The position numbers and the translations under genes are program-made. Shown in pieces: positions 47,601 to 60,268 of a stretch of 64,000 nucleotides of DNA; position 1 is the first letter of the stretch; each line of letters begins with the position of its first letter. Origin of the DNA: Oopsacas minuta (lineage: Eukaryota > Animalia > Porifera); contig JAKMXF010000111.1 of assembly GCA_024704765.1 (NCBI GenBank), positions 512,619 through 576,618 of the forward strand, read 5' to 3'. Below the pieces are notes generated by a model that made no database searches, was not told the origin of the DNA, and saw nothing but the letters and a program-made list of their open reading frames with translations.

Positions 47601-50600
47601 TATATATGATTACTCGCTAATATAATTATTTACATTCATCTGTAATTTTTCTCATATCTTATCGTCTAAGAATTTCCTTAACAAATAGAGTATTAATCTC
47701 ACTTAGGATTCTGTAAATTTGTGGCCTCATTTCCATTGAATAAATTTGCATATAAATAAATGTTCCTTCAAACACTACATACCAAATGTATAAGTTAATC
47801 GTTGTACTGGTTGTGTTCTTGATTGATGTGAGAGGAGATCTATGCCATAGCAGGGCTGACTGCTACTATAACGGAGAGTGTCTTAACTCCACTTGTGTGT
47901 GTGGAGATAGTTACAGAGGGCCTAATTGTGGATTTGAGATAGCTAACTGTACTCTCAGTCAAATACGTATTGATAGAAATGAATACCAAATTTGTTTAAC
48001 TATTGAGAATGCTGAGAAAGCGTGGGGACCTATCTGCAGTGACATTAATCTCTGCCAAGCAGTTAATGTACTTTGTCCGAACTGTAATTTTGTTTGTTCT
48101 TCTACTCCCGTCTGTCAGTCTGAGAGTTTCGGCTGTATAGTTGGTACTAACTCAACAGATTGTGTTATCGTTAACGGAGCTAATACAATATCTTATTTGT
48201 TATTGATAACTGCTATTATTGCTATGTTACCTATTCTTATATGAATAATTATTTATTTGTTATTGGCTGAATTTGTATTTATCATTGATTATCCTCCTGT
48301 TCCTCTAAACTATATTATTTATATATTATATGAATTCTAACACCTGTTATGACATCATGCATCATTAATAATGTTTTAACTGTCCATTTTCTCGGCTGCC
48401 TACGCTATCCCTTTCTATCCTTTTAGAGAATTCAAAATAGAAATTACTAATTGAGTTAATGCATTGCTGATTAATGAACTTTTGGTATAGATATTGAATA
48501 TTTTCTTATGATATTGTAGATATAATCTATTCCTTACTCTCTCTGTTTATAGGAATGCCTCGTAGAGATAGAACCCTCGTAGAAGATCTCTTTACACGTA
48601 AACTAGCACAAGTATTAGTATGTACAGCTACCCTAGCCTGGGGAGTTAACCTCCCTGCTCGAGCTGTTATTATCAAAGGCACACAGATATATGATGCTGA
48701 GAAGAGTGCATTTGTTGATATCGGTATATTAGATGTGCTACAAATCTTTGGAAGAGCAGGCAGACCACAATACGATAATATAGGAGAAGGCATGATTATA
48801 ACTACACACGACAAACTAAGTCATTACCTATCATTGCTTACAAGACAGAAACCTATTGAATCTCAGTTTATTGATAAGCTAGCAGATAATTTGAATGCTG
48901 AGCTAGTACTCGGCACTGTTACAACTGTAGAAGAAGCTGTACAATGGCTTAAATATACATACTTGTATGTTCGTATGCAGAAGAGTCCTCTTACGTATGG
49001 TATGAAGCTACCACTACAATCAGGGCCTGGTGAGAAATCAGCTAAACTTGATGCATTCTGTCACGAGCTAATCACTGCCGCTGCTAGTAGCCTAGATAAA
49101 ATAAAAATGATAAGATTCACAGAGAAAACTGGATTTATATATCCAACAGATTTGGGCCGTACTGCTTCGCATTATTATATTAAATTCGATACCATTGAGA
49201 TTATCGGGGAAACCATGCTACCACATTTGGATGATATGTCTCTGTTTGGACTCGTTTCAAAGGCAAAAGAGTTTGAACAAGTGAAAGTCAGAGATGAGGA
49301 AATGCCAGAACTGAAAATGCTTGAGTCCGAGTGTTGGTTACCGGTTCTCGGCGGACCAGGAAATCCCCACGGAAAAGTTAACATCTTGTTACAAGCTCAT
49401 ATTTCTAGGAAGCGAGTAGAAACATTTTCACTTATTTCAGATCTCCATTACATATCACAAAACGGAGGACGTATACTTAGGGGACTATTTGATATAGCTC
49501 TTAAGAAGGGATGGCCACGGGTCACAATGACACTCCTGGTCCTTGCTAAGTGTGTAGATTGGCAATTATGGCCATCTGACCATCCTCTCTGCCAAATGCA
49601 ATCCATGTTATCTCAGGACCTCTTCGAAAAATTGAGGACTCGTGAGGACCTCAGTTTGGAGCGCCTCGAGGAGATGGGCGAACAAGAAATAGGTCGTATG
49701 ATACATTATCAGAGGGGTGGAGCTGTTGTGAAGAAGTGTGCGAGACAATTCCCTTGTCTAAAATTGAAATCAGTCGTACAGCCAATCACTAGAACAGTTC
49801 TACGAGTGAGAGTAACGATCTTACCTAATTTTGAATGGAATGAGCGTATCCATGGCAACAGCTTGTCATGGTGGTTCTGGGTAACTGACTCAGAGAATGA
49901 TCACATGTATTACAGTGAATTTGTGTCTATTAACAAGAAACAGATCAGAACAGAAGAAGACATAGAGCTGGTATTCACTATACCTATCTTTGAACCAATT
50001 CCAGCACAGTATTTGCTATATGCAGTATCAGATATCTGGCTACATTGTGAGACCATAGAGACTCTATCTTTCAAACATTTAGTTCTCCCCGAGATTTATC
50101 CTCCACATTCAGAGCTATTGGACCTCCAGCCTTTGAAGAAGACCGCTCTTAAGAATGAGGATTACGAGTCTATTTTCACTTTCTCATATTTCAATCCTAT
50201 CCAGACTCAAGTGTTCCATTCCGTGTACCATTCCGACCAGAATATCCTCTTGGGTGCTCCCACGGGCTCCGGTAAGACTGTAATAGCAGAATTGGCAATG
50301 TTTAGAGTATTCAATCACTATCCCGGGGCTAAATGTGTGTACGTAGCGCCTCTCAAGGCATTGGTTAGAGAGAGGATGAAGGACTGGACAATACGACTTG
50401 GAAATAATCTTAGAAAGAGAGTCATTGAGTTGACAGGAGATGTAACCCCAGATATACACGCTATACAATCTGCTGACGTCATTGTAACCACCCCAGAGAA
50501 GTGGGATGGAATATCTCGGTCCTGGCAGACTCGATCTTACGTACGGTCAGTGATGCTACTTATAATCGATGAGATTCATCTCTTGGGAGAGGACAGAGGC

Positions 50601-52718
50601 CCTGTTTTAGAAGTTATAGTTTCTAGAACTAATTTTATTTCTTCTCAAACTGAATCAAAGCTGAGAATAATTGGTTTATCAACTGCTTTAGCGAATGCTA
50701 GAGATCTTGCTGAATGGCTTGGCATCAAAGCAGGCGGTCTCTTTAACTTCAAGCCTTCAGTTAGACCGGTACCATTAGAAGTACATATAGAAGGATTCCC
50801 CGGTAAGCATTACTGTCCGCGGATGGCTACTATGAATAAGCCAGCCTTCAAATCTATTCTTACACATTCTCCTCACAAGCCTGTCCTCATATTCGTGTCT
50901 TCTCGCAGACAGACACGACTAACTGCCCTGGACTTGATTGGCTTCCTGGCTCTAGAGGGCCCCAAGCAGTGGCTTAAGATGGTGGAGGATGAGAATTTAG
51001 ACTCACTGTTAAGAGAGGTACAAGATCCTAATCTGAGTCATTTCCTGTCTTTTGGTATCGGTGTACATCATGCTGGATTACATGAAAATGATAGGAAGAT
51101 AGCTGAGCAGTTATTCGTAGATCAACGTATACAAATACTAATTGCTACTTCCACGCTTGCATGGGGGGTGAACTTCCCTGCCCATCTAGTTATTGTTAAA
51201 GGGACAGAGTATTACGATGGTAAGTTGAAGAGATATATAGATTTTCCTATAACTGACGTACTGCAGATGATGGGGAGAGCTGGTCGCCCTCAGTTTGACA
51301 ACGAAGGAGTTGCAGTAATTCTCGTGCATAACATTAAGAAGGATTTCTATAAGAAATTCTTGTATGAACCTTTCCCTGTTGAGTCTAGTTTATTAGAAGT
51401 AATACCGGACCATTTGAATGCTGAGATAGTATCCGGTAGTATAAAGACGAGACAGGACTGTATAGACTATTTGACATGGACATATTTGTTCAGGAGAATA
51501 TTCCTGAATCCTTCGTATTACCATATGGAGGGTGTTGATGAGAAAAATGTGAATACATTCCTATCTAGTATTATTGGTGATGCGTTACGTAAGTTAGAAG
51601 CAGCTAGTTGTATATTTGTAGAAGATACGGGTGAGATTAGATCGCTACAATATGGGAGAGTAGCGTCCTTCTATTACTTAAAGCATGGCACTATGCGGTT
51701 ATTCAAAAACCGATTATCTGTAGAGTGTAGTTTAATAGAACTAATTAAGGTAATGTGTAATGCAGAGGAGTATGCAGAACTACCAGTTAGACACAATGAA
51801 GATATTCTAAACAAAGAGCTAGCTAGCTGTCTACCAGTACTTGTAGCAGATAATTTTGATAGTCCTCATACCAAAACTTTCTTGCTTTATCAGTCACATT
51901 TCTCACGTAGCCATCTCCCTATAGCTGACTACGTCACGGATAGGAAATCTGTCCTAGACCAGAGCTTTCGTATATTAAATGCTATGCTGGATATAGTGGC
52001 GGCTGAAAGCTTGCTAGAACAGACACTATCTACTATACACATTATACAAATGGTATCACAAGCATGTTGGGTATCTGAACCATCCTTACTAATGCTCCCT
52101 CACGTTACTATGCAGAGTTTAGAGTATTTTAAGTTTGCTAACCCTCCTACCCAGCAGCTAGTTGTTATAGAGTCTATTTCTGAGTTAATATGTGCAATGA
52201 GCAGATCTCCTGAAGTATTAGAGGAAATGTTAAGAGAACATTTCACGATCCAACAAATATTAGCTATGACCCAATTCGTTAAGAGATTGCCTAGCTTGCG
52301 AGTAGAGTTCTCTTTGAAAGTACAGCTAATTGATGATACTGTCAAACCAGTGCAGTCTAGCATTACACCGGATAGAATAACATTATTCCATTTGATACCA
52401 GGTAAGGAACATATCGTAGAGGTTAGATTACAACAGACTGAGAAGAGAGCTGGCATAAAAGGGAGTAGAGCTGATACTCCTAGATTCCCTAAACCAAAGG
52501 ATGAGGGTTGGTGGATTATTCTCGGTGAGAGCAGTGCTGGGTCTCTGATTAGTATGAAGCGTGTTACAGGTGTTAAACGAGTTAGTAATATTTCACTTGC
52601 TTTCACTTCACCCACCAAGCCAGCTCTCCATGAACTTAGACTATTCCTCATGTCAGATTCTTACATCGGTCTAGACCAGCGATTTAATATTCACGTAGAA
52701 GTTATGAAGGAATGTTAA
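44667..52718 (+). CDS. ASCC3: Activating signal cointegrator 1 complex subunit 3 (Ski2-like tandem helicase/Sec63)
   Basis: N-terminal [13 protein letters not shown]; cassette 1 [29 protein letters not shown]|MPRRDR; cassette 2 [50 protein letters not shown]; about 7 introns in the 5' part, last exon 48553-52718. Confidence 0.93.
47786..48244 (+). CDS. Small secreted/GPI-anchored Cys-rich protein with EGF-like domain, nested same-strand in ASCC3 intron 47589-48552
   Basis: Signal peptide [17 protein letters not shown]; [29 protein letters not shown] (EGF spacing); second Cys-rich region; terminal hydrophobic tail without a cytoplasmic segment. Confidence 0.8.
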   Translation: MYKLIVVLVVFLIDVRGDLCHSRADCYYNGECLNSTCVCGDSYRGPNCGFEIANCTLSQIRIDRNEYQICLTIENAEKAWGPICSDINLCQAVNVLCPNCNFVCSSTPVCQSESFGCIVGTNSTDCVIVNGANTISYLLLITAIIAMLPILI

Positions 52719-52925
52719 AGTTTTAAACTATCACACAACTTCAAGGTATAATATAATTACATAGCTGAGTAGGAAACAATTTGTATGTAGGGTTTGATAT
52801 ATAAAATGTGAAGTTATCTAAAACAAAGTTTTGCCTGTTTGTATGTAGAAGGTTGAATTTTTTGTGGGAAAAATGATCTTTCAATCGACACTTTTAACCT
52901 CTATTTATAGTTCTCAATAATAGCA

Positions 52926-54623
52926 ATGGGTCTGAATTATAGTCAGTCAGTTGTTGATCAAAGAAGCATAATACTACTGGGAGAAACTGGAGCAGGGAAG
53001 AGTTCTTTCGGAAACTTCCTCCTAAACAGCAATAGCTTCGTAACTGGGGATGGTATGTTGTCCACGACACAAACAGTTGAACAGAAGTCTTGTCAATACA
53101 CGCAGGATAATCTTAATATTAAACTCCATGTGTTTGATCTACCAGGACTTAATGATCCCAGGAAGATAGACATTACTCATCTCAATAATATGTACTCAGC
53201 ACTTAGGAACTGCTCCAAATGTTTGTCTACTCTATTCGCTATTGTAATTAATATAGCTAGTCCTGAACAACAGCAACTCTCTATGTCAGTTAGTGAGATA
53301 CACTCTTTCTTAGAAAAAGTAGAATTACCAGATTTTAACATAACAGACAATGCTCTGCTGGTGTTCTCTAACGCACAAGGACTAGGCCACACTCCAGAGA
53401 TCCAGGAGAGTGAACTATTCCAGAAGATAGAGAGCTGTCCTCTTCTCTACAAGCTATGGACTCTAGTAAGATTCAGACACATCCTGGTAGACAGTATCCG
53501 CTACACAACAGATCAGAACTACTGGGTAGACAAAATGAGAGAAGTACTCAAATTCACTCGTCCTAAGGTCCGTGTGCTATTACTAGGCCCGTATGTTAAT
53601 GCGCAAAATGATTTACTGTTACTGTTAAGAACAAAGAAATCTAAGTTAGGAGAACCTGACGAATTACCTGGATACAATGAGAACGAGCTTAATGAGGTTA
53701 GTTTAGAGTTTGAAGGTTGTTCTCTTTCTTTTGAGAAAAGTCTAGACTTTACTTCAATTGCTAATATTGATACTAAAGACATAGAGAAGAGCAATTTATT
53801 GAATCAGTTAACAGGTCTCATTAATGCTATTACAGAGGCCCACACATTCACTGCATTCTGTGTGTTGATTCGAATGGATATTAAAATAACAAACAGTTTT
53901 GTAAACGGCCTTAAAACACTAGCTAGCGCTATCTCCGAGGATAAGATCGATCTATTCTATAATCGCTGTTTCTTTCTATTCACTCATTCTGATCAGCCGG
54001 AAGTAGATAAGAAATGTAATGCTGTATTCTCAAATCCCAAACTCAAAGACATGAAGCAAATAAGAACTAGTATGGGTGATAGAGTATCTATAATAAACAT
54101 AAAATCCTCACCAGAATATGTATATGACTTCCTTAAACAGATATTATCCTATTCTATAGCTATGAAGGATAAATGTTATGGTAAGCAGTATGTGAGTAAC
54201 ATGCTGTCCACAGGATTTGACCTCTCACCCCCTCCTCCTGACCCCACACCTGGGTACAGATACACACCCTCTAAGTTAACCATGGGTCTTATTGCTCTAG
54301 GAGGAGGCGGGATTATAGCGCTAGCAGGAGCAGCAACTGTCCTCCTAACAGCTGGAGCAGCTACTCCAGCTGTAGCTCCAGTGATGCTGTTTGCTGCTCA
54401 TAGCTCTGCTGTTGTAGCAGCCCCATTAATAGCTGCCCCTGTAGTAGCTGGGGGTGCTAGTGTGCTAGGAGGTGCACTAGGTGTAATCGGGGTAGGAGCT
54501 AACGCAGCAGTAGCTAGCACTCTCTTCTACAAGCTGGTAGCTAGTAAGAATAAGGATAAGAAGGACGAGAGGGACTATGAGTATGATATTGCTGAAGAAA
54601 ATTTTAAGTATGTCCATTCTTAA
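52926..54623 (+). CDS. AIG1/GIMAP-family GTPase with a second degenerate G-domain and C-terminal hydrophobic tail, intronless
   Basis: IILLGETGAGKSSFGNFLL (G1), STTQ, VFDLPGL (G3); second unit VRVLLLGPYVNAQNDLL ... AFCVLI ... FFLFTHSD; Gly/Ala-rich hydrophobic C-terminus; MGLNYS N-terminus. Confidence 0.78.
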   Translation: MGLNYSQSVVDQRSIILLGETGAGKSSFGNFLLNSNSFVTGDGMLSTTQTVEQKSCQYTQDNLNIKLHVFDLPGLNDPRKIDITHLNNMYSALRNCSKCLSTLFAIVINIASPEQQQLSMSVSEIHSFLEKVELPDFNITDNALLVFSNAQGLGHTPEIQESELFQKIESCPLLYKLWTLVRFRHILVDSIRYTTDQNYWVDKMREVLKFTRPKVRVLLLGPYVNAQNDLLLLLRTKKSKLGEPDELPGYNENELNEVSLEFEGCSLSFEKSLDFTSIANIDTKDIEKSNLLNQLTGLINAITEAHTFTAFCVLIRMDIKITNSFVNGLKTLASAISEDKIDLFYNRCFFLFTHSDQPEVDKKCNAVFSNPKLKDMKQIRTSMGDRVSIINIKSSPEYVYDFLKQILSYSIAMKDKCYGKQYVSNMLSTGFDLSPPPPDPTPGYRYTPSKLTMGLIALGGGGIIALAGAATVLLTAGAATPAVAPVMLFAAHSSAVVAAPLIAAPVVAGGASVLGGALGVIGVGANAAVASTLFYKLVASKNKDKKDERDYEYDIAEENFKYVHS

Positions 54624-54701
54624 TCTTAATGAACTGTTTTACAGACGAGCTTTTATATCTACCTATATTTTTGGTATGGATTATTTATTTTTAAACCTTT
54701 G

Positions 54702-54772
54702 TAATACTTTCGTTATATCGAAGCTCAAGAGACCTTGAGAATTACCGATCTTGATATAACTGGAGTTCATTA
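54702..54772. mobile_element. Degenerate short MITE family A copy
   Basis: TTCGTTATATCGAAGCTCAAGAGACC...GATATAACTGGAGTTCATTA resembles family A ends. Confidence 0.5.
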
Positions 54773-54814
54773 TATTATTACTGGTGGTTATTTTCGTTAT
54801 TACATTAGTGTGTT

Positions 54815-57800
54815 ATGTTGCAACACATACGACCTCCTCCAGAGCTAGATTGTGGGTATAAGAGGAAGGGCGGTCCGACAGTAGACCAGATATTCTCAGA
54901 TCCTCTTACACAACTCTCCATGAAGGTATGGGCACCACAGGTACCCCCAGATCACCGTGTATTAATTCCTGACCTTATCAACAACATATATCAACGGGAA
55001 TGTCTAAATAGCGGCTTCTCTACTCGTAGACTAATGATTCTAGAACTCAGTCAATATCTGGAGAATTATTTATGGCCTCATTTCCATCCCGGAGCTAGTA
55101 AGCAGCATGTTATGTCAATAGTAGCAATGGTTAATGAGAAGTACCGTGAGGGTCTGCAACCTTGGGATGTGTTCGTAGAGTATCCTGATAGATTCCCGTG
55201 TTTCTTTCATTCTGTACTAGACAAGTGTCTGTCTGTAGAGAAGGAGGTTAGAATGAAAGAGCAGTTACATCTATTGATATTCCTGGTGCACTGTTTCAAT
55301 AGTTTAGCTGTAGACCTCGTAAGAGAACAGGTCTGGAAGCTTGTCTCTCAGACTACTTGGAATAATTTAATTCCGTCTAGACTTGAGAAGGAGCTACACT
55401 CTAACCAGACTATGAAGAAATTCTTTAAGAAACTAGCTCGTAAAGACGCTGCGATGGATGAACAGACACAGATATTAGCTGTAAAGGAAAGGAAGTTCAT
55501 GACTCGCCTCTTTCATAAATTCCTCCGTGTGTTATATAGAATCCCAGAGGAAGGAGAGAGAGCTTCAAGACTGGACATAGCGTATTGTGAGAGGTTCTTA
55601 GAGCTGTTAATCGACCTAGAAGCTCAACTACCTACTCGTAGATATTTTAATACTCTTCTAGATGACAGTCATCTTATCGTCCTGTGTAGTCTAGCCCCTC
55701 TGGTGTCTAGACAGGACGGTAATCTCTTCTCCCAGCTGTTGGAGATCTTGAAGTTCTACGCGGGCTTTGAGATAAACGATCAGACCGGTATGCCTCTAAC
55801 CATAAACGGAGTAACGAATATTCACTATGACAAGATAGCTTCTCTACAGAGAGCTACTTTCAAGAACTACTCAAATCTGAGAATGTTTGCTCTCAGTAAT
55901 ATATCTAGAATAGACACAAGAAATAGTTTAAAGAAGCATTTCACACCTCTCCCATACGAGACTCTACATAACATCGCCGCTTACCTCTGTCTAGTCCTCC
56001 CTTACGATGATAACACAGAGAAATTCTCTAAGGTATTCATCATAGAATTATTAGTGTCACATCATGAACGCAGGAAGTCTCAGATAGAGGTGTTAAATCA
56101 GACACCCTTGTACCCATCTGAGGAGATCCTCTGGAATGAGAACATTGTCCCATCTGCCTATTACTCAGGAGAGAGTTGTCTAGCTCTACCCAAACTTAAT
56201 CTACAGTTCCTTACTCTGCATGACTACCTGCTACGTAACCTCCAGTTGTTTAAACTAGAGTCTACCTACGAAATAAGACTAGACATAGAGGACTCTCTGA
56301 CCAGAATGAAGCCTCGTATTACCCCACAGGGTGACGTCATATTCTTAGGATGGGCCCGTATGGCTCAGAAGGTCCAAGGCTTCTCAGTTGTTGAGGTAGG
56401 AAAGACAAATGTCGGGGAGTCTTCCCCGTCTCGTGTCCGTACCGATGTAACAGTGAATCTACACATGCATCCTGATGTGAGAATGGAATGGGAATCTCTG
56501 AGGAAACATGACGTATGTTTCCTCATAACAGTACATCCTACATTGTCTGTTGTAACAGTAGATGACGTCACTGAGAAGAAAAATTTCTCTGAGCAGATGG
56601 GGGTCAGATATATCCGGGGGTGTGAGATAGAAGGGATGCTGGATGAGGAGGGTAAGTTGATAGAAGAGGGCCCAGGATCAGCTGATAATAAACCCAAGTT
56701 CACAAGTAATGAAAGGACCTTCCGTGTCCTAATGGACCCTAACCAGTACCAACTGGACATGAACAGAACTCTCAAACAATCTCAAGATGAAGTACATACT
56801 ACTTTTAACATTTTCCTCCGTCGTAAGCCAAAAGAGAACAATTTTAAAGCTGTCCTAGAGACTACACGAGAGCTAATGAACACAGAATGTGTAGTCCCTG
56901 ACTGGATACACAATATATTCTTAGGGTATGGTGACCCGAGTGATGCTAATTATACCAAACTAGTACAGACAAACCATACTTTTGATTTTAATGACACATT
57001 CCTGAGTATGGAGCATCTTATACAGAGCTTCCCACAGTATCAAGTAAGGTGTGAAAGAGAGGATCCTGATGTCCAGGTGCCCCCCTTCAGGGTAACATTC
57101 CCTAGCAACCGCAAACGACTACCCCCCGATGGTCCTGTCCCTACTGACCTAGAGGCTGACGTCATAACAGTGGAACCCTATGAAAAGGCTAACAGAGGTC
57201 CTTATCCTTATAACCAGCCCAAATGTAACTCTATTCCTTTTACACCTACTCAGATAGAAGCTGTAACCTCAGGTATGCATCCTGGCTTAACAATGGTAGT
57301 AGGTCCTCCTGGTACTGGTAAGACAGATGTAGCTGTACAGATAATATCCAACTTATATCATAATTTCCCTGATCAACGTACACTCATTGTAACTCATTCC
57401 AATCAAGCACTGAATCAGCTGTTCGAGAAGATCATGTGTCTAGATATAGAAGAGCGTCATCTGTTGAGGTTAGGACATGGAGAGGAAGCTCTAGAGACTG
57501 AGAAGGATTTCAGTAGATTCGGTCGTGTTAACTATATTCTACAACTTAGATTGGATCTCCTTGAGGAAGTTAAGCGGCTACAGGAGAGTTTAAATGTGCC
57601 AGGAGATGTGTCATACACCTGTGAAACAGCTGGGCACTTCTTCTTGTATCAGGTGAGGTCTAGATGGGAGAAATATCGCACTGAGATAAAACCAGCTGAT
57701 GGAGAGCAGAGGGATGTTACTAAGGTACATGATTGCTTTCCATTCCATGAGTACTTCTCTAATGCTCCTCAGCCTCTATTCAAGGGTGTGTCTTATGAAG

Positions 57801-59986
57801 ATGACGTCATCATAGCTGAAGGTTGTTTTACTCACATCAAACGAGTATTTGAACAATTGAATGAATTCAGAGCATTTGAACTTCTCAGAAGCGGTATGGA
57901 TAGGATTAACTATTTGCTTATAAAAACCGCTAAGATTATAGCTATGACGTGTACACATGCTGCTATGAAGAGACACAGCTTCGTAGAGCTAGGATTTAAA
58001 TACGATAATGTTATAATGGAAGAGGCTGCACAGATCTTGGAGATAGAGACCTTCATCCCTCTCATGTTACAGACAACTGAGGATAACTTCAATAGATTAA
58101 AACGTGTAATTCTAATAGGAGATCATAACCAGCTTCCTCCTGTTATCAAGAATATGGCATTTCAGAAGTTTTCTAACATGGAACAATCTATGTTCACCCG
58201 GTTCATACGTCTCGGGGTCCCAGCTGTTCATCTGGACGCTCAGGGGAGGGCACGTCCCTTTCTGAGACAGCTATACAGCTGGAGATATGAGAAGCTAGGA
58301 GATCTACCGCACATACTGGACAGTCAAGAGTATAAGTGCGCTAATCCAGGATTCTGTTTTGATTTCCAAGTTGTTAATGTTGAGGATTTTAATGGTAGAG
58401 GAGAGCATGAGCCTAACCCTTACTTCTACCAGAACTTAGGGGAAGCTGAGTTCTCAGTAGCTCTGTTCATGTACATGAGACTACAGGGATATCCTCCTGA
58501 TAAGATTACTATTCTGAGTACTTATAACGGACAGAAACACCTTATTAGAGATATTCTAAGACAGCGATGTGCTGACAATCCAGCATTCGGTCTCCCTGAT
58601 AAGGTTACTACTGTTGACAGATATCAGGGACAGCAGAATGATTACATTATATTATCGCTAGTCAGGACTAAAGCAGTAGGACATCTACGAGATGTCCGTA
58701 GACTGGTGGTAGCTATGTCCCGAGCACGACTAGGTTTATACGTGTTTGCTAGGGTAGGATTATTCCAGAACTGTTTCGAACTCTCTCCTGCCTTCCGTCT
58801 CCTGACCCGACACCCTTTAGCCCTGCACCTGTGTCCCATGGAATGTTACCCACCCCTCCGACCAATCACCTACACCCCACAGAACTCTGTCCTAGTTATC
58901 AGAGATATGCCTCATCTAGCTTCATTCGTATACGATGAGTATAATCGCCGGATAAATGCACTCACAGCTAAACTGGGTAGGGACAATGTCCTGTTGGAAC
59001 CTGGTACCTCTCTTCCCCCGGAAGACCTGACAGAGGAGACAATAGAGATGTACCAAATGCAGTTAGAGGAGGGAGAACTACCCCCAGAGGAACCTGAGAT
59101 TAATCCTATCATAGCTGCTAGAGTAGATGATAGTTTAACTGAGACTGCTAGGACTATTCTAGAATCTTTGAGACAATATCAAGATAAATTTCCTGAGGAA
59201 TTGGATGATCCTCCAAGTCCCGCTCCTCCCTCCCCTAACCTGCCCCCTGGTCCCTTCTCATTCCCAATGCTACCTATGCTACAAGAACAGAGGCCACTAA
59301 TTGGACCACTTAAGTTCCCTCTCCCTAACAAGGATCCTGAGCCGATGGAAGCAAGTATTAGTGAGGACAGCAGGTCCCCTATAAACCCGATAGAGGGTAG
59401 CGAGTTAAATCAGAAAGCACGCGAAATGTTAGAAGCCATAGACAACCCGAAACCTGTCCTACCTTCGGAGCCTGAGCCTGTCGTGTCTAAAGTGCGGGAC
59501 CGCTCAGAGCTAGGGGAGGATATGGACAGTGGAGCTCAGGTTAGGAAGATAGCAAGGATGTCATCTCCTGATGAGGCTACTAGGTATTTGGAGGGAGACG
59601 TACCAGGGATTGGGGACGGTTTGAGTCGAGTAAGCTCGGATGAAAGGACCGGGAGGGGTGTCCTAGGGGTGGAGGACAGTGTGAAGAGCTCTCTACCTAT
59701 AGTAGCTGACAGAGCTAGCGAGAGAGCAGCTATGCTACTGGAGAGAATGGAAGCTCAGCAGCAGGAGACCTTAGCCCGCAGTGCTGAGCAGAGAATCCAC
59801 GTTATACAGCCAGTAGTTGTGGTAGAACCTAGTCCATTGTTAGCTGATACACAAACGTTAAATATACAGGAAATTAAAGTTGAAGAGGAAGTACCCAACA
59901 CCCCAATGGATACCAATTATAATAGCGGTAAGAGAACTCCTACTATGGATGAGAGTTCAGAGAGCGAGAATGAAGATACAAAGTAA
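54815..59986 (+). CDS. AQR: Aquarius intron-binding RNA helicase (SF1), intronless, with a low-complexity C-terminal extension
   Basis: [97 protein letters not shown]. Confidence 0.96.
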   Translation: MLQHIRPPPELDCGYKRKGGPTVDQIFSDPLTQLSMKVWAPQVPPDHRVLIPDLINNIYQRECLNSGFSTRRLMILELSQYLENYLWPHFHPGASKQHVMSIVAMVNEKYREGLQPWDVFVEYPDRFPCFFHSVLDKCLSVEKEVRMKEQLHLLIFLVHCFNSLAVDLVREQVWKLVSQTTWNNLIPSRLEKELHSNQTMKKFFKKLARKDAAMDEQTQILAVKERKFMTRLFHKFLRVLYRIPEEGERASRLDIAYCERFLELLIDLEAQLPTRRYFNTLLDDSHLIVLCSLAPLVSRQDGNLFSQLLEILKFYAGFEINDQTGMPLTINGVTNIHYDKIASLQRATFKNYSNLRMFALSNISRIDTRNSLKKHFTPLPYETLHNIAAYLCLVLPYDDNTEKFSKVFIIELLVSHHERRKSQIEVLNQTPLYPSEEILWNENIVPSAYYSGESCLALPKLNLQFLTLHDYLLRNLQLFKLESTYEIRLDIEDSLTRMKPRITPQGDVIFLGWARMAQKVQGFSVVEVGKTNVGESSPSRVRTDVTVNLHMHPDVRMEWESLRKHDVCFLITVHPTLSVVTVDDVTEKKNFSEQMGVRYIRGCEIEGMLDEEGKLIEEGPGSADNKPKFTSNERTFRVLMDPNQYQLDMNRTLKQSQDEVHTTFNIFLRRKPKENNFKAVLETTRELMNTECVVPDWIHNIFLGYGDPSDANYTKLVQTNHTFDFNDTFLSMEHLIQSFPQYQVRCEREDPDVQVPPFRVTFPSNRKRLPPDGPVPTDLEADVITVEPYEKANRGPYPYNQPKCNSIPFTPTQIEAVTSGMHPGLTMVVGPPGTGKTDVAVQIISNLYHNFPDQRTLIVTHSNQALNQLFEKIMCLDIEERHLLRLGHGEEALETEKDFSRFGRVNYILQLRLDLLEEVKRLQESLNVPGDVSYTCETAGHFFLYQVRSRWEKYRTEIKPADGEQRDVTKVHDCFPFHEYFSNAPQPLFKGVSYEDDVIIAEGCFTHIKRVFEQLNEFRAFELLRSGMDRINYLLIKTAKIIAMTCTHAAMKRHSFVELGFKYDNVIMEEAAQILEIETFIPLMLQTTEDNFNRLKRVILIGDHNQLPPVIKNMAFQKFSNMEQSMFTRFIRLGVPAVHLDAQGRARPFLRQLYSWRYEKLGDLPHILDSQEYKCANPGFCFDFQVVNVEDFNGRGEHEPNPYFYQNLGEAEFSVALFMYMRLQGYPPDKITILSTYNGQKHLIRDILRQRCADNPAFGLPDKVTTVDRYQGQQNDYIILSLVRTKAVGHLRDVRRLVVAMSRARLGLYVFARVGLFQNCFELSPAFRLLTRHPLALHLCPMECYPPLRPITYTPQNSVLVIRDMPHLASFVYDEYNRRINALTAKLGRDNVLLEPGTSLPPEDLTEETIEMYQMQLEEGELPPEEPEINPIIAARVDDSLTETARTILESLRQYQDKFPEELDDPPSPAPPSPNLPPGPFSFPMLPMLQEQRPLIGPLKFPLPNKDPEPMEASISEDSRSPINPIEGSELNQKAREMLEAIDNPKPVLPSEPEPVVSKVRDRSELGEDMDSGAQVRKIARMSSPDEATRYLEGDVPGIGDGLSRVSSDERTGRGVLGVEDSVKSSLPIVADRASERAAMLLERMEAQQQETLARSAEQRIHVIQPVVVVEPSPLLADTQTLNIQEIKVEEEVPNTPMDTNYNSGKRTPTMDESSESENEDTK

Positions 59987-60268
59987 TTTGATTTTAAATT
60001 TTGCTTACAGCAAATTACTTAGCAAGTTTTGAGGAAATTATTTGATTACGCTTGAGAGGCTCAAAATAGTTTCTAGAATTTGTTATAATAAATCTCAATA
60101 TTCTCTCAAGTTCTTTTCTCTTAGAGATTTGCAATGTTTGCTAAAAATAGACACACACAGATTTATAAATAGAACTATAGATCTTATAACTATTTAAGGA
60201 TTGTCCTTGTATAACCTATCATATAATCTCTAGATTTTAAGCTGTAATTTTGAATTGATTGATAGAAT

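Noticed and set aside
4026-52651. Numerous short antisense or alternate-frame ORFs overlapping the RTK, GRK, DnaJ, ASCC3 and AQR genes
   Set aside because: They are shadow frames of real coding sequence with no independent motifs
44667-52718. Alternative assignment of the helicase as SNRNP200/BRR2
   Set aside because: The N-terminal LPRxTxALRxFSN and cassette-2 [14 protein letters not shown] motifs match ASCC3
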